Assembly: GCA_018238155.1 (NCBI GenBank)
Contig: JABCTZ010000009.1
Location: 1 to 64,000, forward strand
Source of the DNA: Candidatus Heimdallarchaeota archaeon
GTDB lineage: Archaea > Asgardarchaeota > Heimdallarchaeia > JABLTI01
Length of the DNA stretch: 64,000 nucleotides
Direction: 5' to 3'
Below are positions 37,637 to 45,634 of this stretch, one piece after another. Position numbers and translations under genes: made by a program. The first letter of the stretch is position 1, and each line of letters starts with the position of its first letter. The notes under the pieces are model-generated. The model did not search any database. It was not told where the DNA came from and was given only the letters and a program-made list of their open reading frames with translations.

Positions 37637-39002
37637 TAAGATTCTGTTAATTGAGAAAGCACAATTTGTGCTAAAGCAAGCAGAGAAATTTGGTGCTACT
37701 CAAACAGAAGTAACAATTACTTCTACAACTGGCGCATTAACTCGTTTAGCTAATAGTATCATTGACCAAAACGTTGCTGAACGTCATTTTCGAGTTAGCA
37801 CTATTGCTTATGTTGGAACCCAAAAAGGTTCTACAACAGTAGAAGTTTTTGATAATAAGTCAATTGCAAGTGCAGTTGAAACCGCAGTCAAGATAGCCAA
37901 AATTTCTCCAGAAAATAAACATTTCAAATCTTTACCTGAGAAACAAATCTATACAGATAAGGTTTCACTTGCTGATCTCGTTTCCAAAAATACTATTGAA
38001 GCTACACCTGAGCAACGAGCTGATTTTGCTAAGTTAGCTATTGATAGTGCTCATGCAATAGACAAACGCATTAGAGCTGTTGCTGGAGCAGTTTCACATA
38101 CAACTGCAGAACGTATTATCCTCAATAACCTTGGTTTGGAAGCTTATGATCGTGGCACATATGGTAACGTTAACATAACGGTCCTCGCAGAAGATGGTTC
38201 TGAAGAAACTGCTGGGTGGTCTTCTGATAATCGCAAAGATTTCTCCAAGCTCGATATTCAAACAGTAGCTGAAAAGGCTGCTCGAAAAGCTGTTGATGGT
38301 TTCGGGATGAAATATATTGATCCTGGTGAATATGAAATTGTTTTAGAACCTGCAGCAGCAGCTGGATTTCTCTTCTTTATCAATTACTTTGGTTTCAGTG
38401 CCCAGTCGTACCAAGATTACATCAGCTTTTTACGAGATAAAATCGGTACCAAAGTTTTCTCAGAGAAGTTGACCCTTTGGGATGATGCTTATGACCCTCG
38501 TTTGGAAAACCGTGAAATGTTTGATAGCGAAGGTGTTCCAAAGGCAAAATTGGAAATGATTAAAGATGGAGTGGTCAAGAACCTTACTTACGACACTTTA
38601 ACTGCTAGCAAAGATGGCGTTCAAAGCACAGGTCACAATGCTAAATTCTATGGTCGCTCATTACCTATTGCCCAACATTTGCTTGTAGGTGAAGGTGATT
38701 CCAATCTCGACGAGATGATCGCTGAAACAAAAAATGGTATTTTAGTTACTCACTTTCATTATCAAAATGCCGTCAATCCAACAAAAGGTGTTTTCACAGG
38801 TCTTACTCGAGATGGTGCTTGGTATATAAAAAATGGGGAAATTCAATTCCCACTTAAAACATTAAGATATACTGATGCTGCACCTCGTTTCTTAGCTGAG
38901 ATCGATTTAGTTGGTAAATATATGGATTTGAATGATGCAAGAGCCTTAGTTCCTCCCATGAAATTACCTTCATTCAAAATCTCCGGGTCAAGTAAAGAGT
39001 AA
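37626..39002 (+). CDS. pmbA: PmbA/TldE-family protein
   Basis: TRLANSIIDQNV, PGEYEIVLEP, FDSEG, STGHNA and TGLTRDG motifs; no HExxxH. Exact start uncertain. Confidence 0.9.
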   Translation: MAFNKILLIEKAQFVLKQAEKFGATQTEVTITSTTGALTRLANSIIDQNVAERHFRVSTIAYVGTQKGSTTVEVFDNKSIASAVETAVKIAKISPENKHFKSLPEKQIYTDKVSLADLVSKNTIEATPEQRADFAKLAIDSAHAIDKRIRAVAGAVSHTTAERIILNNLGLEAYDRGTYGNVNITVLAEDGSEETAGWSSDNRKDFSKLDIQTVAEKAARKAVDGFGMKYIDPGEYEIVLEPAAAAGFLFFINYFGFSAQSYQDYISFLRDKIGTKVFSEKLTLWDDAYDPRLENREMFDSEGVPKAKLEMIKDGVVKNLTYDTLTASKDGVQSTGHNAKFYGRSLPIAQHLLVGEGDSNLDEMIAETKNGILVTHFHYQNAVNPTKGVFTGLTRDGAWYIKNGEIQFPLKTLRYTDAAPRFLAEIDLVGKYMDLNDARALVPPMKLPSFKISGSSKE

Positions 39003-39022
39003 TTATAGCACTAATTATTCTT

Positions 39023-40003
39023 TCAATCTTTTTTTCTTTCTAAATCAACTTCAAAAACTGCTAATGATTTTGGAATGTTTTCATCACATGTTATTTTTGA
39101 TAGTTCTAATGAAGAAATACCAACAACTAGTTCTCGAAATTCAGGTGCTGATTTCATATAGATATATCGTCCCTTGGGCAAATTTCTTGCATATTGTACG
39201 AATTCTTCATCTGAATGAAATTTGTCCTTAGGTCCATGAAAAAGTAATATTTCCTTGTTAATAGTGCTCAATTCCGCAGTAATATCGAACTTTAAATTAT
39301 GAATACCTGTTTTTCTCCATTTCCACACAGTGGCATTTCTAACGAAATCCAAGTAGCGTTCTTTTGCAAATTTGTTTTTCATTCTTGCTAAAACAATTTT
39401 TGCCAATAGTGGCTTTAATATCTTAACTACAAATGGTGGAAATAACCTAAAGATATAGGTTAATTTTTTCTGTGCTCGCCAATCCTTTATTGGATCATGA
39501 ATTGCGATAGTTGGTGCATCAAAATACTCTTTTAATAATCCTGTTAGAATGACTCCTCCGGAGAAGCTCGAACCATAGAGAACAAAATCTTTCTCTTTTA
39601 GTCCTAAATATTGAATTGCTTCTGCTAGATCTTTTGCCAGTTGATCGATGGACATGTTTGCCTTTCTTCTTTTGTGTGTTTTACAGGATGTTTTCTCTCG
39701 AGACTCAAGAATATAGTATTCACCCTTTTCATGCATTGGCACACTAAAATATCTCCACGACCAAGGTGAAGTGCCAAATCCTGGCAAAAATAATACTGGT
39801 CGTATACTCACTGGCTCTTTTGGTTTGTGATGAAAAACCCTTATCTCACCATTTTCAATTGGGATAAATATTATTTCACAAATTCCCTTCTCATAAAAAA
39901 AAGGTCCTTTTTGGTTATGTTCTATAATCAATTTCTCTATTTTTTCTTCTTGTTCTTTGCTCAGAGAAATATGCTCTGTAATTATTGAATCCATGCTTCC
40001 CAC
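39023..40003 (-). CDS. Alpha/beta hydrolase-fold protein
   Basis: LFLPGFG and YGSSFSG nucleophile-elbow motifs; probable ATG start at 39994. Confidence 0.8.
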   Translation of the reverse strand: MGSMDSIITEHISLSKEQEEKIEKLIIEHNQKGPFFYEKGICEIIFIPIENGEIRVFHHKPKEPVSIRPVLFLPGFGTSPWSWRYFSVPMHEKGEYYILESREKTSCKTHKRRKANMSIDQLAKDLAEAIQYLGLKEKDFVLYGSSFSGGVILTGLLKEYFDAPTIAIHDPIKDWRAQKKLTYIFRLFPPFVVKILKPLLAKIVLARMKNKFAKERYLDFVRNATVWKWRKTGIHNLKFDITAELSTINKEILLFHGPKDKFHSDEEFVQYARNLPKGRYIYMKSAPEFRELVVGISSLELSKITCDENIPKSLAVFEVDLERKKD

Positions 40004-40095
40004 CCGGCTTTTGTTTGAATGATTGCTCTACTGTTTTTTCTCAACTATTTATTAAAGTTTATTGGATTTTACTTTCGATTAAGGTAATAGACTTC

Positions 40096-41277
40096 TTAGC
40101 TTTTCTTCGCCAATTCATCAGTTTTGGATTTTGGTTTCCAAAAATTCTTTTTATGCAGAAATTTACCAAGATATACTAGACCGAGCATAATAGGTACTTC
40201 CCAAAATAATCCCATAGTTGTTCCCAATGCTGCATAGGAACCAACACCATATAAACCAATGGCAGTGGCAATTGCAATTTCAAAATGACTTGAACTACCA
40301 ATTATTGTGGTAATAATAGCTTCACGATATTTTAATCTAAAGAGTTTTGTAACGAGAAGATTGAATCCTACAACTATTATGAATCCGATTAAGATTGGTG
40401 CAGAGACTATTAGTAGTTCTATTGGATTACTTATCATTGTTTGACCATTAATTGAAAATAGTACCACTAAAGTAAATAAAAGCGCTACCATGGAAATTTT
40501 CCCTACCACAGGACGATATTTATTTTCAAACCAATCTTTGCCCTTTATTTTTAGAATCAATTGTTTTGAAACAATGCCAAAAATTAGTGGGATACCAATG
40601 AATATTGATACTGTAATTAGTAACCAAACCCATGGAATCTCAATATTTTGAATACCCGTTAGTAATTTAACCATTGGAACATAAAGAAAAATCAACGTAA
40701 TCGTATTGATGCTTGTATTAATTACATTTTGTTCTTGATTTCCTTTTGCGAGAGAACCCCAAACTAAAACCATAGCAGTACAGGGACTAGAGCCAAGCAA
40801 AATAACCGCCACAATCAATTGAGGGTCAAAATTCCGCAAGAATAAATAACTCAAGCCCGTTGCAACTAAAGGTGCTAATATCCAATTTGAAATTAAAGTA
40901 AGCAATATTGGCAATGGATTTTTACCAAGTTTCTTAACCTCACTAAATTGAAGATTCAACAAAGCAGGGTACATCATAAAAAATAAACATATTCCTATTG
41001 GAATGTTAATATCTTGAACTTGCCAACTCTCAAGTGTGTTTCCAATTATTGGTACAAATTGGGATAATAGTATTCCAATACCCATACATACTGCTACCCA
41101 AAGTGCAAGATACTTTTCAAATATACCTAATTTATGTTCTTTATCGATTGAAATGCTACCCTCACTATCTGTTTTTCCATTTCCACGAAGTTGTTGATTA
41201 TCATTAAGATCTATAGATTCTTTTCGAATTGTAACTGGACTTTCAGATGTTTTGGGTTTCACTTTGAATTTCTCCAA
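40096..41277 (-). CDS. acr3: ACR3-family arsenite efflux transporter
   Basis: FEKYLALWV, MMYP, NW..P, PCTAMVLVW, SSHFEIAIA and EVPIM motifs. Confidence 0.95.
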   Translation of the reverse strand: MEKFKVKPKTSESPVTIRKESIDLNDNQQLRGNGKTDSEGSISIDKEHKLGIFEKYLALWVAVCMGIGILLSQFVPIIGNTLESWQVQDINIPIGICLFFMMYPALLNLQFSEVKKLGKNPLPILLTLISNWILAPLVATGLSYLFLRNFDPQLIVAVILLGSSPCTAMVLVWGSLAKGNQEQNVINTSINTITLIFLYVPMVKLLTGIQNIEIPWVWLLITVSIFIGIPLIFGIVSKQLILKIKGKDWFENKYRPVVGKISMVALLFTLVVLFSINGQTMISNPIELLIVSAPILIGFIIVVGFNLLVTKLFRLKYREAIITTIIGSSSHFEIAIATAIGLYGVGSYAALGTTMGLFWEVPIMLGLVYLGKFLHKKNFWKPKSKTDELAKKS

Positions 41278-41358
41278 GATAGGAATAATGCTTCTATATA
41301 AAAATATTTTTATATGAAATTTATTTCATATAGTTTAAGAACTCTGAGGAAATCAAGA

Positions 41359-42108
41359 ATGACAAAAAGCAAGGAAATTATAAAGGAAAGTTACGCGAGC
41401 GCACTAAAAAATGCTAAAACTGAAACAAGTAAAGAATCTTGTTGTTCTAAACCGAAAGATGAAAAATCTTCCGGGGAAAGCACTCCAAAATTATCTCTTA
41501 AACCTGTTCAATTCACTCCAAGCTTTGGATGTATTATTGATTTACCGAAAAAAGCTGGATTAAAAGAGGGGGATATTGTTGTTGATTTAGGATCTGGTCC
41601 TGGTCATGATTTGATACGAGCAGCGGAAATAATTGGTTCTAAAGGAAAAGCAATCGGTATTGATATGACTCCTGAAATGATTCAAAATGCCAATAATGAA
41701 ATCGAACATAAGGGATTAAGCAATGCAGAAGCACGATTAGGTGAGATTGAGAATATTCCCGTAGAGGACAATTTTGCTGACGTAGTTATTTCTAATTGCG
41801 TTATTAATTTAACAGCTAATAAATCAGTTGTTTTCAAGGAAGCTTTCAGGATCCTAAAACCTGGAGGACGATTAGTTGATGCAGATGTAATTGCAGAGCA
41901 TGAATTACCTCAAAGCTTACAAGACGATAACAAATCTTGGTGTAGTTGTATTGGTGGTGCTCTAACTGAGGAAGGATATTCCAAAGCTATGAATGCCGCA
42001 GGTTTTGTAGATATTAAAATTGATATTGATCATTCAAGGCACACAGAATGGGATGGAGAAAAAATCAGAATGTTTAGTGGAATAATTTCTGCGGTAAAAC
42101 CAGTATAA
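41359..42108 (+). CDS. arsM: Arsenite S-adenosylmethionine methyltransferase
   Basis: SCC, SFGC, VDLGSGPG, GIDMTPEM, ISNCVINL and WCSCIGGAL motifs. ATG 41359 follows GAGGA (the track start is 41314). Confidence 0.92.
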   Translation: MTKSKEIIKESYASALKNAKTETSKESCCSKPKDEKSSGESTPKLSLKPVQFTPSFGCIIDLPKKAGLKEGDIVVDLGSGPGHDLIRAAEIIGSKGKAIGIDMTPEMIQNANNEIEHKGLSNAEARLGEIENIPVEDNFADVVISNCVINLTANKSVVFKEAFRILKPGGRLVDADVIAEHELPQSLQDDNKSWCSCIGGALTEEGYSKAMNAAGFVDIKIDIDHSRHTEWDGEKIRMFSGIISAVKPV

Positions 42109-42186
42109 AATAATCTATTTCAGTCATAGTTCTTCCAACAATTTATATTATAGTTGTGAATATTGAGTATAAAATGGGGCTAAGAA

Positions 42187-42633
42187 ATGACTGTAGAAAA
42201 GAAAGAAGATTCCAGTAAGAAAGATGCCGATATCAAGAAGGAAAAACTCGGTGAAAAGATTGTGAAATTAATCGATGGATCTGAGCTTAAATCTTTATGT
42301 TGTTCATTAGAGGACTGGGAGGAGCGAATAGAAACAATACCCGCATTTAAAGAAGCTGATTTTTTCAGTAGAATTCTGCGGGTAGTTTCAAACCCAATAC
42401 GTTTGAAAATACTTACAATATTGCTTGAAAGAAGTTGGGCATGCAATTGCGAATTTGAATATATACTCAAAATTCATCAAACCTTGATTTCACATCATCT
42501 TAAACTATTGAGAGATTCTGGTTTAGTAACCTTTAAACAAGAAGGTCTTTGGAAATTATATAGAATCGAAGAGAAATTCCGTCCTTTTCTTGAAAAGTTC
42601 AGAGAATTACTATTTACGTTACCTAAGAAATGA
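42187..42633 (+). CDS. arsR: ArsR/SmtB-family metalloregulator
   Basis: SNPIRLKIL, ACNCE and QTLISHHLKLLRDSGLV motifs; an extra CC in the N-terminal arm. Confidence 0.88.
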   Translation: MTVEKKEDSSKKDADIKKEKLGEKIVKLIDGSELKSLCCSLEDWEERIETIPAFKEADFFSRILRVVSNPIRLKILTILLERSWACNCEFEYILKIHQTLISHHLKLLRDSGLVTFKQEGLWKLYRIEEKFRPFLEKFRELLFTLPKK

Positions 42634-42642
42634 TATCTTTGA

Positions 42643-42987
42643 GTGATACCTTTGCCAATGCCTAACTGGATAAAAGAGTGGATTCCAAAAGATCGATTGG
42701 TTGCTAATAAATTTAAATTGAGCAAAAGATACCTTCGAAATTCTAAGAAACTACAATTTATGGTCGGAGAAAAATTTCAAGGAACTGATAATTGGGCTTG
42801 GTTTAAGTATATGGTAATAAGTAAGAAATATGGTAAATATTGGGTGCGGTATACAGAAGGATTATATGAATGCAACTGTCCTTTCTTTAAACACCGAGGC
42901 ATCTGTTCTCATATTTTTGCTGTAGCTCAACTCACCGATACATGGCCAAAAATAGAAACAATTTTTCCCGAAAAAAATGTTTTATAA
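42643..42987 (+). CDS. SWIM zinc-finger protein
   Basis: ECNCPFFKHRGICSH (CxC...CxH). Confidence 0.8.
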   Translation: MIPLPMPNWIKEWIPKDRLVANKFKLSKRYLRNSKKLQFMVGEKFQGTDNWAWFKYMVISKKYGKYWVRYTEGLYECNCPFFKHRGICSHIFAVAQLTDTWPKIETIFPEKNVL

Positions 42988-43052
42988 TGGTCTCTCTTAA
43001 TTTTTTTCAGACTACTTTTTTTCTCAATTAGTTATTTAGAAAAGCTCAAGCA

Positions 43053-43895
43053 TTATGTTGAGCTAAGATTATTTTGAGCAATATATTCTTTCAGAGTGGT
43101 TTCATTCAAATCAATTGTAGTTCGAATGTCTTCAATGATACAATCTCGTAAGAATACTAGAAGTGAGGGTAAATCTCTCATATCTCTCAGAAAGAAATCA
43201 GGATTTTGTTGTTGTAAGTGTGGTCTTGAATGTGCCATCTCTTTCTCAGTAACTGCTACTGTTTTTATTCCCGCTCTTTTACTTGCAATAATATCACTTG
43301 CTTGATCGCCAATGGACAAAACTTCACATGCTTTGAGGTTCATTATTTCTAGGGCTTTTAAGAACCCACTGGCATCTGGCTTTATCTTATCTATATCATC
43401 TCGAGTAAGAATGAGATCAAACTCTTTTATTTCAGGTATCTTCTCGGAAGCTTTTTTGATCACTTTTCTACTAGTGTTTGTTAAAAGAATTACTTTGTAA
43501 TCTTGTGCAAGGAGTTCTCGTAATACTTTACGAACGCCAATAGTTGGAACAATATTCATACGACTTTTAAGATACATAATAACTGTTGTAAAAATGAATT
43601 TCAATGCTTGAAAATTAGTCATACCCATTTTCTTCCCCATTTGGAATGAGAATTTAGCCAAGCTAGTATTTTTTGGTTTTTTGTCCAATGTAGTTAGTAG
43701 TGAAAAAACTTCAAGGGATGCCTTATTGATTTGTTTTTCAGTAATCTCTGGTCTTACCATCAACACACTCTGGATAAGAGGCCAACCAAGTCTAACTACA
43801 AATGATGATAACACTCCATCAAAATCAAATATTATTGCTTTAATTTGAGAGGTACGCTTTGGTGTATTGGGCGTATCTACATTGAGAGGATTCAT
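43053..43895 (-). CDS. HAD-superfamily hydrolase
   Basis: IFDFDG, LTN, KPD and IGDQASD motifs. Confidence 0.9.
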   Translation of the reverse strand: MNPLNVDTPNTPKRTSQIKAIIFDFDGVLSSFVVRLGWPLIQSVLMVRPEITEKQINKASLEVFSLLTTLDKKPKNTSLAKFSFQMGKKMGMTNFQALKFIFTTVIMYLKSRMNIVPTIGVRKVLRELLAQDYKVILLTNTSRKVIKKASEKIPEIKEFDLILTRDDIDKIKPDASGFLKALEIMNLKACEVLSIGDQASDIIASKRAGIKTVAVTEKEMAHSRPHLQQQNPDFFLRDMRDLPSLLVFLRDCIIEDIRTTIDLNETTLKEYIAQNNLSST

Positions 43896-44148
43896 TGTTT
43901 TAAATTCCTTTTAACAGATTAATTTATAATTCTAAACTGAAAACTTGGTTCTAATTATACAATTTGAATTTATTTCTTATAATTATGTATAATTCTTACA
44001 ATTATCAAGATGAATTATGAATAAAAGTAATCTTTATTCCCTAATATTCTTTGTTTTGCGGCAAGAACTACTCAAAATTCTATTAAATAACGAATATTAA
44101 TATAGAATAATTCGTTATAGAATTATTATTCAACTAAAAACAACTAAT

Positions 44149-44580
44149 TTGGAGGATTTAAAATTGGCTTTGAATGCTGATGCGGCAATAGCACTCTATA
44201 TTCTGATTTCTTCAGTTTTAAGCTTAGTAATCAATATCATTTTCTTTAGATTTGTTTTTAAAAAGAAAAAGAGATTGAAAGCAAATACTTTCACATGGCT
44301 AACCACTTTGGGTATGATGATTCCAGTAAGTTTTGCTTTAATGGCTATTTTCTTATCAATAGATGTATCCTCTAGTAGTGTTGGTGGTGCTCTTGGGTAC
44401 GGTTTACTAATGACATTAGCTATTCCACCAATTTTCTGGTTTGTTCCCACTACTCTCTATTCACTAATAAGAGCTATCTTTATAGCGATAACAAGAAGAA
44501 AAGAACGAGAAATTTTAGAAGAAGATATTCAGGACGTTGGGCTAAATGTTGAACCAATTTTAGCTCAAAAGCATGAATGA
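44149..44580 (+). CDS. Small three-TM membrane protein
   Basis: Three hydrophobic helices with basic loops; the start may be TTG at 44170 after GGAGGA. Confidence 0.65.
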   Translation: MEDLKLALNADAAIALYILISSVLSLVINIIFFRFVFKKKKRLKANTFTWLTTLGMMIPVSFALMAIFLSIDVSSSSVGGALGYGLLMTLAIPPIFWFVPTTLYSLIRAIFIAITRRKEREILEEDIQDVGLNVEPILAQKHE

Positions 44581-44618
44581 TGAATAATAAAAAACATTGA
44601 ATGTAAGGTGAAAAATCC

Positions 44619-45371
44619 TTACATCTGTTTTCTTATTTCAGAAACTAAGAAATCGCTTAGCTTTTCCAAGTAAACTTTGCCATCTTTCCAATTTGCTTTT
44701 GTTGGGTCACCTAAGATACCGTTAGCTGTTAGTACTTTCATTCCTTTAGTGAAGAGAAGCTCTGTTTCCCTCTCACCGAATTTTCCAAGATAACCTGGCT
44801 TGTATCTCTCTTTTTTAACGAGATTTTCAGCAATGGCGAGTACTATAGATGTTTCATTTTCACCAGAATGAGCTCCTGCTTCTTCTGCAGTTTTCCCTGC
44901 TTCTATTGACATTTGAGTTAGTATTTCAGAGAATTTAGAAAGATCTGAATATCCAATTATATTGTTGTTGGGATATTTTTCTTGTAATTTCTCAATTGCT
45001 ATTGCTGTTATAGCAAAATTCCCACCATGACTTGGGATAAAGATGATATTCTTAAATCCATGTTTTACGAAACTCTGAGTGTAATCGTTAATGATGTTTT
45101 CCAATGTGCTATCCAAAATTGATACCGTTCCTGGAAATTCCATATGGTGCTCTGAACAACCAACATTTATTGTTGGACCTTGCAAGGTTTTTCCAAGTTT
45201 TTTTGCAACGCTATGTGCGATTTCTTCACCTATTAATGAATCCGTTTTTAAAGGTAAATGTGGACCATGTTGTTCAATAGCTCCAATAGCAATTACTATT
45301 GTATCAAAACCCTGCTCCATTGCTTCGCCTATATCCGGCCAATTCATATCAATTATTTTAATGTTTTTCAT
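44619..45371 (-). CDS. Creatininase/MftE-family amidohydrolase
   Basis: GAIEQHGPHLP, SEHH..FPGT, HGGN, HSGENETS and GILGDP motifs. ATG 45371 follows AGAGGA. Confidence 0.9.
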   Translation of the reverse strand: MKNIKIIDMNWPDIGEAMEQGFDTIVIAIGAIEQHGPHLPLKTDSLIGEEIAHSVAKKLGKTLQGPTINVGCSEHHMEFPGTVSILDSTLENIINDYTQSFVKHGFKNIIFIPSHGGNFAITAIAIEKLQEKYPNNNIIGYSDLSKFSEILTQMSIEAGKTAEEAGAHSGENETSIVLAIAENLVKKERYKPGYLGKFGERETELLFTKGMKVLTANGILGDPTKANWKDGKVYLEKLSDFLVSEIRKQM

Positions 45372-45634
45372 GTTTTTTCCTCTACAGTTGCCCATTTTTA
45401 TCGCTTAGAAGATAACGACTTTTGCAATTTCGGATAAATATTGTGTTTGATGTTTTTATATTATTTCTCTGTTTAAAAAGAGCTTTGTTTATGAATTTGT
45501 TCAAGAAATCAATATTTTTGTTATTATAACGAAAATGTTCACAAAAGCAACTATTTTATAACAGTGAGTCTTGCAATATTAGATAGTGAAATGATATTAG
45601 CTCTTCCATTTTTGTGTCAAATGAGTGTTAAACA

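Larger units (their letters stand above)
32366..37639. mobile_element. Decaying ~5.25-kb insertion between tldD and pmbA, bounded by an imperfect 13-bp direct repeat
   Basis: TGGAGTTCAATAA (32366-32378, end of tldD) versus TGGCGTTCAATAA (37627-37639, start of pmbA); contains gene fragments and a tnpB pseudogene. Confidence 0.6.
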
